Assembly (NCBI GenBank): GCA_965113315.1
Contig: OZ220376.1
From: Podarcis vaucheri
Lineage: Eukaryota
Strand: one strand, 5' to 3'
Length of the DNA stretch: 64,000 nucleotides
Within the stretch, counting starts at the first letter, position 1; each line of letters starts with the position of its first letter. A program made the position numbers and the translations under genes. A model generated the notes under the pieces. It did no database searches. It was given only the letters and a program-made list of their open reading frames with translations, and was not told where the DNA came from. This document shows positions 13,298 to 25,161 of this stretch, one piece after another.

Positions 13298-13390
13298 GGC
13301 ATGAGTCAGAGGATAGCATGTCCACACTTGCAGGAAGAAGGGGAATGAGACCAAAAATGATGATGCCGTTTGATTCTCAACCACCTCAGC
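13298..13390 (+). CDS. NEO1: Neogenin exon (~25)
   Basis: ttctag|GG CAT...CAG C|gtaagt. Encodes [31 protein letters not shown]. Confidence 0.95.
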
Positions 13391-13952
13391 GTAAGTCTAA
13401 CTTTAGTTATTTCTCACCAAGCTTCCTTGAGTCAAACATTTCACATCACATTGCATCCCGTATTGCTGGGAGTAGGGTGATGAATGTGCACAAAATCTTG
13501 TTTCTACTTGAAATAAATGCTAGGAAAGTTTGGAAGAAGAAACATTAGCATTATTATAACAATTATGGAAAGAATATCAAGATTATAAATAGAGAACTGG
13601 CAGAACTGAATCTTGCAGTATTTCCATGCCAAAGTAGTATTTGGATGCCAATCTGATAGGAGTGCTAAATAGCCTTTTGGCAAAATAGTACACGTTTTAT
13701 ATTTTCCGCTTTTTAATTTTTGTAAATTTAATGTTAAGCCCACAATCTATTTAAAATTTCAGAAAGACAGGTACTTCTGGCTCGGTTGTTGTATTTTTCA
13801 TAATACTTTAAGAAAAGCACAAACTAAGCAGAAAGTGACAGCATTTCCCCACTATATTTAAGGTATTTGTAGTCCTTCTAGTTCTGCACTGTCTTTAAGG
13901 TCAGATTTGCTTTATGTTGGCCAACTAATGTTGTCAAATGTCCACCACTTAT

Positions 13953-14180
13953 TAGGGCTGGGCGATATATCATCCGAAACCAGTTTGAAGTTCATGTCGT
14001 GATAATTATTTCATAATATTTGAGCTGGCAATATATCGCGAATCACAATGTGTATAAGGACTAGGCGATATCTGGTTTTCGACATCACAATAACTTACCA
14101 GCTAAACATTTCAATGTTATCAGCAGCTAAACCTCACAATATCACCAGCTAAACATTGCAATCTACCGCAATGTCTGAAA
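13953..14180 (+). mobile_element. hAT-type DNA transposon left end (duplicated TIR-like motif)
   Basis: TAGGGCTGGGCGATA at 13953, repeated degenerately at ~14055, followed by short subterminal repeats (cagctaaac). No right TIR identified with confidence. Confidence 0.5.
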
Positions 14181-14429
14181 TAAGGATGGAACTATACAGA
14201 GCAGAACAGGACAATGTCTTGGTAACTGCTACTACTTAGGGGTCTAAAACGGATAAATGACAATATTATCAATCATCACACACTCAGTTTCATCAGCAGG
14301 CAAGCCAAATGCATCCCAACAGGACTTTAGGTTTGGGGCTTGGCTACCAAATGGTGGCCTTCAGGACAATCCAAAGTATGAGTCATAGTGAATACAAATA
14401 ATCTGGGACTGCCAGGCTGCAAGCAGACC

Positions 14430-15560
14430 TTCTAGGAGGCAGAAGCAGCAGTGTCAGAAGCAGAAGCAGCTTGCCATGACCACGGTATGTGTTTGTGGTG
14501 GCGGAACAATTAGTGGAAACTTGCGAGGCCACACAGCAGTGGCGTAAGCAAGCAGTGGCAGCCTGCGAGGCCTTGCAGCAGTGATAGTGACGGCAGTAGC
14601 AGGAGTGGCCTGTGAGGACTCATGGCAGCGATGGGAGGTAGTGACAGTAGTGGTGGTGGCCTGCGAGGCCTTGCAGTGGCGAAAAAAAGTGGCAGCAGTA
14701 ATGGCAGCGGCTTGCAAGGCCGCACGGCAGTGACAGTAACAGTGGTAGTCTGCAATGCCTCACTGTGGTAACAGGGAGTGATGGCAGTAGCAGTGGCGTG
14801 CAAGGCCTCGTGGTGGCAATAGGACATGGCGGTAGTAGTGGTGGCAGAGTGCAAGCCCTCGCTGTGGCGGCACAAACAGTAGCGCCCTGCAGGTCCTCGC
14901 AGCAGTGACAGAGAGTGACAGCAGTAGCGGTGGCCTGCAAGGACTTGTGGCAGCAATGGGAGGAAGTGACAGTAGCGGTGGTGGCCTGCAAGGCCTCATG
15001 GCAATGACAGGGAATGACGGCAGCGGCATTGGACTGCAAGGCCTTGCAGTGGCAGCAGGAACTGGCTGCTGTAACAGCATTGGCCTGCAAGGACTTGCAG
15101 TTGTAATAGGCTTTGGCATCAGATGCGGGGGTGGCCTGAGAGTCCTTGCAGCAGAGGCCCGTGGGGATTCGTAGCAGTGACAGGAGGTGACGGAAGTAGC
15201 CACATCCTGCGAAGCCTTGTGGTGGCAACAGGAGGTGACGGCAATAGTAGTGGCAGCCTGCAAGACATTGTGGTGACACAAGCAGTGGGGCTTGTGAGGC
15301 CTCGCTGTGGTGGCAAGAAGTGGCAGTGGCCTCCTGGCGGTAGTGGGAGGCGGTGGCAAAAGCTGTGGTAGCCACCTCTGTTTCTGCCACCACCACAAGG
15401 CCTCGCAGGCTGCTACTGCCACTGCCATGACAAGACCTGCAGGCTGTCGCTGCTTTTGCCACTGCCGCAAGGTCTTGCAGGCCACCACTACTGCCTCCAG
15501 CATGACAAGGCCTTGCAGGCTGCTGCCACTTCTGCTGCCACTACCGTGGCGAGGCTTTCT
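14430..15560. repeat. GC-rich minisatellite with palindromic core, ~18 forward units then ~5 inverted units
   Basis: Core GCCTGC(G/A)AGGCCT(C/T)GC recurs every ~36-51 bp; orientation flips at ~15370. Confidence 0.85.
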
Positions 15561-18494
15561 CTGCAAAAACCTGCTCTTTAAAGCTGAATCAGAGCAAACT
15601 GAATCCACAACAAACCTGAATAGCCGTTTGTTCTCATTCAGCTTTAAAAAGTGGGTTTTCATGGGGAAAGCCTTGGAGCAAAAAAGAAGGGGGGGCACTA
15701 CGACATCAAGCTTTACAGCACAGACCATTGCCTGGAATGAGTGGGGCAAAAGGTAAGTATAGATAAGCCATGTGCTGGGTAAGGTGAACAGAGGCATATA
15801 GACAATAAAGATCACAAGACAGGAAGAAGAAAGCAAAGGGGAAAGATGGTGGTCCGGTCCCTCAGGGTAGTGTTGTCGGAATACGAAAAGAAAAAAAGAA
15901 AAAAGGAAAGGTTGGAGAGATCAACAGCCCTTTAGGAAACAACAACATTTGGAACAAATGAACTACTGTGAAATAATGTGCCCACAATTAGTCACTTTGA
16001 CCTAAAAATCTATTTCAGAAGTCTTGGCAACTGTGAAAAAGTTAATGTGTTATTCACCACCACTATGTAGAAACATTTGTATGTAGAGCATCCAGTGTAA
16101 AATTAAGTTTTCCTGTTTTCAGTTTTCCTTTACCATGGTGTTCTGTTGCTGTTGGATTTGGTTTTTATTTGCATTCCTGTTTACTGTTTTTGTACTGTGT
16201 AACTCTTCTGCTTAGATAATATGAAAACATAACACTTTGCCATAGTTAAGCATTAAGCAGAGCCCCTCAGAAAAACATCGCAGTGTATTCCTGGTGTCCA
16301 TGCATTACCTGAGTCTGGCAATTTTTAAATATATAGATTTGGAACAAATTTGAAGTGTCTTTCATTCTGAATGCAAGTCAGTGGTACTTAAGTCTTCAAC
16401 ATGCAAATGCGTTCTCGGTTTGGCCTGGGCTACCTGAGATGTAATAGGCATTTTTTTTTACTGTGAATCCAAATCAGCTTCAGCCCAACTTCTGACTTGC
16501 ACTATTAATAGACATTGCAGGGATGCCATAAAGTGTTTTTCAGCACAGTCTCTCAACCTTCTCTTTGGGTGTAACAGTGATCCACACTGTGGGTTTGTTG
16601 TATGCTACCCACCCAGTCCAGTCCAATCTGCAAAGTTCAGATAAAAACACTGGGTAACACTGCAGAGTTGTTGTCATTTCTCAGCTTAAACACAACATGT
16701 AGTAGGGGCCTAATACCTCCGAACAACATTGTGGGTTTGCTGTAAACCATCCAGAGTATTCAGTGTGAATTACATTACAGGATTGTCATAAACTCACAGT
16801 CCCCTCAATCTACTACAGTATGGGGACAATGCAATGTGTTACAATGCTATGTAATTTGCAATGCTAAGTTTTTATTTAAGTTTCACACGAAACAAGAATA
16901 GATTTCGAGTAGGAATTATTTTCCTTACTGCTAGATTTTGAGGGTATCCCTCCCTTGTGGGTGGGGCAGACAAACTAGCACCAGTTCCCAGTTACATTAG
17001 ATCTTGGATTTCTCCATTAACTCTCTACAGATACATCTTGCTTCCATTCCTGGAAGTAAGTAGCATCTCAGTATGTACCAGGAGTGACAGTTCTAGACAA
17101 TTAAATGGTTTTCTCTGTCCTTTTTATATATATTTTTGGTCTCCTCTATCCTTTTAACATCTTTTTGGGTGGAGGGTTTCCCCTATTTCTATTGGAGGAG
17201 GAAATAGGAGAGGGATGGAGGCAGAGGCATTTTGCACACAATTAGAACAAAGGAGCAAGCGTGTGTGTTCCTGGGAAAAGGATTGTGGTCACTTTGCTTT
17301 TTTTTCTCCAGGCCTGCTGTCGCAATGCTGTTTTGAGCTAAGCCATGGTTGGCTTTGTGTTATGTTCAAACCCAGGCTTGTGATTTATCTCACTTCAGGC
17401 AAACAGCAAACTCTAACCTTTTTCACCTGCCATTTCCAGCCAGTTCCACTATACACATGCAGCTGAGATGATTTTTGTGCAAACCTTGGGTATTTTCCAA
17501 GCCTGTTGATATTTCCCTCTTGTGCATGTCTGTTTTGGCTGCATAAGAATCAGCACTCAAGGAATGAGTTGAGCATTAGTAGGAATGGTACCTAAATCAT
17601 GGTTAAAGGTTGGCTGCAAACTAAGCTGTGAAACCATGATTTGAAATGGGTTTGCAAACGGTTGCATGTGTGTTGAACAGACCTTGGTAAAAGTCCATTT
17701 CTTTGTTTGCCAGATGACAAACCTCTCTTGCTGCTGTCTCCCTATGCTATTGTCATGGTTTGGTTCACAAAGCATAGACCATGGTTTTACTGTACGTTTA
17801 GGAAGCTAAACAGAATTAAAGGAGCAAACCATGGCCAGAATTTAAGCAGGGTTCATAATTACATAGGCACCAGGCCTTTTTCATTAACTGTTAACTCTGT
17901 TCTACACTCTGATTTTTGTATCCGCCCCCCTTCCCCAGGATGGTTTGCTTATAGTTTTATTTCCTGGGATGTTTTCCATTCAGTTGTTGATCCTTCTTAC
18001 TACCCTTGCAGACTTCCAATTAATCTACCTCAATACAAGATTCTAAAATGTGAGCTTCAGTGTTTTGCAATATTCTCAGTTTCTTATTAAGATCAGATGC
18101 ACAGAGTCCATCCTCAAATCAACCAGAATTCCTGTTTGCTCAGGAAGTTCAATTCTGTTCTGTAACAGTTTATATAACTTGAATTCATATTCAAATCCCA
18201 CATGTTTAATGCAACAGAAAACATGGATATGATTTCCTAAAATATAATCACCCAGAGAACCCTGGCTATGAAGTGATTCAACTGCAATAAATAAATGTTG
18301 GAAAAATGGGGGAATTCCTTCAAACGGGTGTAGAGATGGCCTGTCATGGCAAAATGGACTTTGTTGTTCTGGAACCTTGAGGATAGTGTGCTGGTTTTTA
18401 ATGTGCTTTTTTGTGAACTGGGTGGGGGTGCACTTCTGCATGCATGCTGGTTGGTGTGTGTTAAGCATTTTTTCTGTCTTATATTCATTCGCAG

Positions 18495-18653
18495 CTGTGA
18501 TTAGTGCTCATCCCATCCATTCCCTTGATAACCCCCACCATCATTTCCACTCCGGCAGCCTCGCTTCTCCAACCTGCAGCTATCTCCATCACCAGGCAAA
18601 CCCATGGCCAGTTGGCACATCCGTGTCCCATTCAGACAGGGCTAATTCCACAG
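18495..18653 (+). CDS. NEO1: Neogenin 159-nt (53 aa) cytoplasmic cassette exon (~26)
   Basis: cgcag|CT GTG...ACA G|gtgag. Encodes [53 protein letters not shown]. Phase 1-1. Confidence 0.93.
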
Positions 18654-18939
18654 GTGAGAAGAATGTCCTGGGGCAGCCATTAGTAAAAGATGCAAAGACA
18701 AGAACTTCTGGGACATACTCAAATCCAATTTTTGTGATTGTGTGAGGGGGAGGGATGGGTGTTTATATAATTATGCTAGAGATGTCCAAAGATTTATTTA
18801 GGATGCAATCCTAAGTCCATTTACTAGGAAATAAGTTCTGCTAGCTCAAAAAAGACTTATTTCTAAGTGCATATGTATAGGACTGAGCTGTCTTGTGATC
18901 TTTTTTTCCCTTTTCCGTTCTGCAAAAGTGCTTGAAATG

Positions 18940-20112
18940 CACATGCAAGCCTCGCTTTCTGAACATAACATGTTCCTGAGAAATGGTTGGTTGGGCAAGT
19001 GTTCATATAACGAGCCAACTGTTTCCAGTGTTTTCTGTGTGGAACATCTCATTGCTTTCCCAACAGTCTGATAAAATGAGAGGACTGGAGGAGCATCACA
19101 TTTCCCTACTGTGTATCTACAGCATGACCCCCGCCCCGTAACCCTCCCACAGATCTTCCTCCACCTCTGATCTGCGCTGCTGACCTGTTTTGGCAGTGAT
19201 AGCCCTGTCCCTTTGCTGCTATTTTGGAACCAGTCTGCCTTCCTCCTCCCCTTGCCTGGATGTGGCCAGTGAGTCAAAAACACTGTTACAAGAACTTGTA
19301 AGAGAGGCCAAGCTGAGCAACATGGCAGAGCCTTCTGTGTTGGTGCAGCCACCAGTGCCTTCCACCTCCTTCTCTCCCCTCCTCTGGTGCCCAAAGCCAG
19401 CAGCAGCACCGGTCCCTACTCCTCTAGTGGCTGCTGCAGTGATGAGACCTGTCTGCTCAGCTCCTGCAGCAGCAAGGCTGCCAAGGAGGAAGCCAAGCCC
19501 TTCCTTGTCCTCTTCATCCTCATTGTCCTGGTTGCAAGCCTGGCTGACTCTGTGAGCTGGGCTCTGACATGCTCTCCACTGCTTCTTTGCTCAGGGGCAG
19601 TGGCTCAACCTCCATCTCAGCTTTGCTCTCAGCGTTGGCCCACCTCCTCGGTGCCAGAGGAGGAAAGAAGAGGAGGGAGGAGGAGGAAGAATAAGGCCGC
19701 AGCTGCACCAGCAGAGGAGACACTGGCATGTCACTAAGCTTGGCCCTTTCATTCCTTCATTCTGCTATTGTCGCGGGCTCATGCAGTGTTACTGCTGGTT
19801 GACTGACTCACTGGCCAGATCCAGGCAAAGGGAGGGGGGACTGGTTCAAAAACCAGGTGCAAATGGGACAGGGCTGCCTCTGCTGCCAAGAACAGGCAGT
19901 AGATCAGTAGTGTAAATGGGAGATGGAAGAAGAACTGGGGAGGGTAATGGGGGGGGCAGTATCATGGCAGTGTAGATACACATAAGGAGAACATTGGGCT
20001 TTCTTTTGAAATACTGTAAATTGCAACATTAAGGGAAATCATTCTCACAGGTCCTCGTGTTCAGATAAGTGAATTTTTGCATAACAAGTGTGTGGATAGT
20101 GGGACCTGAGTG
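18940..20112. mobile_element. Old foldback / non-autonomous DNA transposon with long internal inverted arms
   Basis: Arms ~19100-19390 and ~19650-19990 are reverse complements; 19252-19276 matches 19804-19828 at 24/25. Outer boundaries approximate. Confidence 0.6.
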
Positions 20113-21820
20113 TGTTTGATTTCTTTGTTTAAAAATGACGACGCCATTACATTTCAGTCATGACTAAATGTTTAATTGTATAACAGTGTTAGCATTTTGA
20201 GCTCTGGGGCTAGGGTTCTTGGTTCAGTGTTGGTTAAGAGACCTTGCAAGTAAGAAGGAAATTGGCTGCTGCTCTTATGCCCAGGAATAAATTTAAGAAT
20301 GAACAATGCCCCTATCATATTTGGAATCACCCCTTCCTAACTTTGCATCTGGATTACAAAAGGAAAAATAATACTACTCCTTTTAAAGTTGTTTTATATT
20401 TCACATATTCCAAAGGCCTGCCTGCCCTCCCTGTATAAACTGTGGATGGCATTTAATCAAGCACAGTTTGAACATTATTATGGTACTGGTAAGTTGTGTT
20501 TAAACAGCAGGATAGTACAGAAGTAGGCTTAGTTTGCATTCCTGAAGTATGTATATTTAATTTTGATAGCTGCGTCTCGAGGGGTTCAGCCAGCTCCTAA
20601 AAGCTTGAGGCACCTTATTATGTGTATGCAGTGCTGCTGTTATTGGTGCTTTGGGAAATAACCTGAGAGCATGCAGTTAGAGTGACAGACTGCTAGAATT
20701 CTTAAAGTAAAATAAATTATGGGACTCCTGTCTGTAGGTTGCTTATTGTTCTGAATTGTAAATATGGTTCTGCTATTACTATTACCAGAATGCTTCTTTT
20801 GCCAGTGGCTAAGTTTTCAAGCATATTATGGCAAGCTCATATAAGACAGCCACCCTGTTTCTGAGACTTTTATCTTGCTAAAATTATTATACACAGCATT
20901 TAAGTCAAATGAATGCTGTTGCAATAAAAGCATTGTGTGCAAGGGTAAAGCATGGGTGAGCGTGTGTGCAAGGCTGTAATACAGCAAAAAGGGGGGGGGG
21001 GAAGCAAGCAGGATTCCCAAGATTACCACTCTTATATGGTATTTGCAGATCTTCAGCAAGATTAGATTTTTCTAGTGACTGGCATATTCTAAATTTACAT
21101 AATTTATTTGATCCATGGTTTCATGATGCTGATCTAATTTCTTTAGTTGATAATTTAGATTTGCATGATTCACTGTCTCTTCATAAAGCCTGTGAACAGA
21201 TAAAACATAGTAGCTTTGTGGCAAGAGCAATCCCCTTGTTTAATTAGAGTACTAATGGCTTTTTATTCTTCTTTTGCAATAGTGGGCTAAAGTAAAACTT
21301 ACATTGGAGCACCCATTGTATTCATTAAATATACAAGCAATAGGAAAATTGGCAGAATTGAAGTACCTTGTAACAAATGTAGATAAGATGCAACTACTTA
21401 TGAACCATCCAGTCAAGAAAATCATGCTCTAGCTCAAAGACAGACGAGTACAAAGCAAATTTAAGGGAATTTTAGATAACTAAGTAAATCAGTTTGTGTT
21501 TTAATTCACTGGTTATCTGTATGGCAGTAAGATCATTCGGGGGGGGGGGATGGCTGCTCTTTTTCAGAAGAAGATAGCTTTAAAAGGCAGAAGAACCTAC
21601 TAGCAGACTGTGGAATTACCTAAGTACCAGCTTAATGGCTAGGTGTGCCTCTGGATGACTTGTTCATTGTCTCAGTTGTTTAGAGAATATATCTAACTGG
21701 TGAGGTGACCTAACTCCGCCAAAGATCTCTGGTGAAAGGATGTTCAGAGACGCTGGTTTAGTGCTAGCAGAAGTGTTTTGTTAAAGTAAAAGAGAATGTT
21801 CATATTCTTTTCAAACCCAG

Positions 21821-22078
21821 AATCTGTTCGGAATACACCTAGCACAGATACCATGCCAGCTTCCTCATCTCAGACATGTTGTGCTGACCACCAGGAGCCA
21901 GAAAGTGCCACAGGATCTTATCTGCCCAGTACGCAGGAGGAGGAGACGAGCCAAAGCCTCCCTACTGCCCATGTTCGTCCTTCTCATCCTCTGAAGAGCT
22001 TTGCAGTGCCAGCAGTTCCACCCACTGGGGCAACCTATGACCCTGCCTTGCCAAGCACACCTTTATTATCCCAGCAAG
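21821..22078 (+). CDS. NEO1: Neogenin exon (~27), P2 region
   Basis: cccag|AA TCT...CAA G|gtgagt. Encodes [21 protein letters not shown]...[22 protein letters not shown]...STPLLSQQ. Confidence 0.95.
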
Positions 22079-23041
22079 GTGAGTGCGAAGGAATTGCTGC
22101 TGTCGAAAGTCGAGTCGTGGCTGTAATGCACAGTTTAAGGGAGCTGACAAGCTGAAAAGTGATGGGCAGCAGAGATAAGCTGCTTCCTTGATATCTTCAG
22201 TAATTGATTTGGATTTGATTTAAGATTTGTCTGCTGTTTTGCCAACCACAAACCTGAGCTCAAAGCGGTTCACAGCAGTAACAAAGCGCTAACAAATAAA
22301 AAGCAACATTTCGAAATGCAAAATAAATATACAAGAAATGAATCAAAACAATAAAAAATTGGGGGGGGGGGACACAGAATACCAATCAATCAGATTTTAT
22401 GTTTACATGCTCCCCTCCTGTCTCTCACACTCAAAAGGCTCTCACCCTGAGGCACTAATCACTTCTCTGTCCCACTGCAGGGTATTAACCCCATATTATA
22501 AGAAATAAATCCTATAAACCAGGCATACACCAACTTCCCTCTTGCCTCCTACCTGTTTGTGTGTGCAAAATCCATGACAGCAGGTTCTCACCCAGGATCA
22601 TCTCACTCCACATTGTTTCACAAGAATCTAAAACATTTCTCCCATCTAGGAAAAATGTATATTCCAATTCAAATGTTTTTAGCACCTTGCTCATTCTCCC
22701 AAGGATTCATCCCAGTTGGAGATAAATTACGGGAAGAAGTTTTTGCCTAAGTGAAACTATCCCTTACTTTCTAACTAGCTTTGAGTGAGGCCTTTCTGAA
22801 TTACTCTTGACATGGCCGTGATATAGCATGCTTAGTAGCTAATTGCTGTCAAGTAATGCCCTTTAAAATCCAGGGTAGCAGTATTGCATAATGGAGAACG
22901 TCAATGGTATCTCATCAGAAGACTGGGAGACAATTTAGGGGCACGTCAGCAATATAAAGTATGGATCTTCACAAGAGTCTTACTCATCTCTCACTCCAAC
23001 CCTGATTGTAGAAGGCTAATCCTGGTCATATTTGTGTTAAG

Positions 23042-23178
23042 CTTCTAGCCATCCAGTTCATTCAGTGAAGACTGCATCAATTGGCACCCTAGGGAGAACT
23101 CGACCTCCTATGCCAGTCGTGGTACCAAGTGCCCCAGAAGTCCAGGAAACAACAAGGATGCTCGAAGACTCAGAAAGT
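23042..23178 (+). CDS. NEO1: Neogenin exon (~28)
   Basis: ttaag|CT TCT...GAA AGT|gtaagt. Encodes [46 protein letters not shown]. Confidence 0.92.
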
Positions 23179-23358
23179 GTAAGTAGCCTGCTTAGAAGAT
23201 AGCCTAACATCCATCACATACAAAACCTTGGTAGTGAATGAGAGTAAAATTAGAATTCAAATTAAACATATTTTTGAGAACTAAAAGATGGTATAAGGCA
23301 TTTATGGTACAATAGTTTTTCAGAAGTCTCCTTCATGGAAGAGCTCCCACCAACTTTT

Positions 23359-23439
23359 TTTTGCTTTGCTTTGCTTTGCTTTGCTTTGCTTTGCTTTGCT
23401 TTGCTTTGCTTTGCTTTGCTTTGCTTTGCTTTGCTTTGC
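23359..23439. repeat. (TTTGC)n microsatellite
   Basis: About 16 perfect pentamer units. Confidence 0.95.
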
Positions 23440-23627
23440 CATTTGAGTGAGGCCTTCTGTAATGATCACTAAAATTTGTAAAAGACAATACTAACCTGAT
23501 ATAGTGTGTTACCTAATAATACATGTGTAAGCTGCTCACATTGCTACTGTTCGCCAGGCCTTTGCCCATCAGTAACTCTGCATTTCTGCTCTGGAAACCC
23601 TTTCCTCTTCAAGAGTGATGATTGTGG

Positions 23628-23820
23628 TAGGGCCGTAGCTCCATGATAATGCATGGACCTTGAATGTGTAAGGCCCCAGGTTCAGTTAAAAAGATCTGAA
23701 GTAGCAGAGCTGGGAAAGAGCTCTCTGACTGAAAAGTTAGAAGGCCCCTGCCAGTCAGAGTGAGCAAAGCTTGAATAGATAGACCAATAGTTTTATCTTT
23801 TTATAAGGTAGCTTTGTATT
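23628..23820 (+). mobile_element. Degenerate tRNA-derived SINE (Squam3-like)
   Basis: GGGCCGTAGCT...CCCAGGTTCA head and ctgccagtcagag body. Related copies at 31866-32010 and 44601-44963. Confidence 0.5.
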
Positions 23821-25077
23821 TCCATATGAACATTCTCCTGTTCTTCATATAATTTCTTTATAATTTGAAATAGTGCAGCTGGAAGCCATCCAACTGAGCA
23901 CCAGCCCTTTCTAAAATTTTATGCTTTGCAGTAGACTGATGTACACTATTGGCTTTTCTTCTTCTTTTTAAGGCAGTTTGATTATTAGTGATGAGTGGGT
24001 CTCAGTCAAAAGATTCCATATCAGATTTGGAAAGTTGAGTTCATCTAAGACAGGAAAAGCTAATGTGATAGCTTCCAAGTGTTGTTGTAGTCCAGTTCCC
24101 ATCTGCCCCACCTAGCCTAGCTAATGGTCAGGGATGGAATATATAGTCCAACAACTTCTGGAGGGCAAAGTGTTTGCTTTTCCTGATTTAAAGCATAGAT
24201 GGTGTAAAAAAATGAATCTCATAATGTCTAGGAACCCAGGGTAGCCCAGGGTTAGCCAACATGATGTCCTTATTAGACTCCAGATCCCATCATCCCTCTC
24301 CATTGATCATACTGGCTGGGGCTGATGGGAATTGGAGTCCAACAACATCAGCAGGGAACCATATTTGTCTACCCTTAGTGTAGACAATTGGCTCTTGTTA
24401 GAGATAACCCTTCATTGCTCAGCTTAAAAGAAACTATCTTTCATTTTGAAAAGCCAGGATAAGTTTCTTATTGTAAAAGACTTGGAACATACAGGCAAGC
24501 TTATTGATCATTTTTCATTACTTCTGTTTTCTTGCATAAATATTTTCTCAAGGACAGACTCAACATTTTTACATAGGTGGGTCCAGTATTTTAAAGTCTG
24601 GAAGAATAAGAATACAATATCTTCCAAGTTCAGGTTTTTGTGTATTCCCTTAGAGTTTAGCAAGTTGTCCATCACTTTAATATGCACTCTGAGAAACTCC
24701 AACTCATCAAGATTTGGGTGGCAGCTGGAACATGCCTAGAGTACTTCTTCATAGATAGTGCCTTGGGTGCAAAAAGTTGATGATTTCTTTTTCTTTTTCC
24801 TCTTTCCCTGTGACCCTACCTGCCTCCCCAATCACATTCTCTCTCATTAATTCACTGTTTGTCTGGGGTTTGTCTGCATGTTGAATTCTGGTGCTGCATC
24901 TGCCCACATCTTTCTCCTTGCATGAAAAATAGGATGGGGACATTTCCATTTCTGTAGTGACGCAATCCATCTAATAGATGTGACTTTGCTGTCATGTTCC
25001 ATATCTGCATCATACTCTTCTCCCACCCAAAACAACGCAGCTCATCTTGCCGAGTAACCCTGTTAAATCTCCTGCAG

Positions 25078-25161
25078 AATTATGAACCAGATGAGCTGAC
25101 CAAAGAGATGGCCCACCTGGAAGGACTAATGAAGGACCTTAATGCCATCACAACAGCATGA
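25078..25161 (+). CDS. NEO1: Neogenin last coding exon, P3 motif and stop
   Basis: ctgcag|AAT TAT GAA...GCA TGA. Encodes [27 protein letters not shown]. Confidence 0.96.
   Translation, partial: NYEPDELTKEMAHLEGLMKDLNAITTA

Noticed and set aside
14430-15560. CRISPR-like repeat-spacer array
   Set aside because: Eukaryotic intron, no cas genes, degenerate repeats and spacers related to one another: a minisatellite.
14454-15836. Long ORFs (148, 280, 358 aa) as novel proteins
   Set aside because: By-product of a GC-rich repeat with periods divisible by 3; open in several frames on both strands, low complexity.
18846-19737. Overlapping 116-187 aa ORFs as extra NEO1 exons or a nested gene
   Set aside because: They lie inside the foldback repeat; the NEO1 protein is complete without them.
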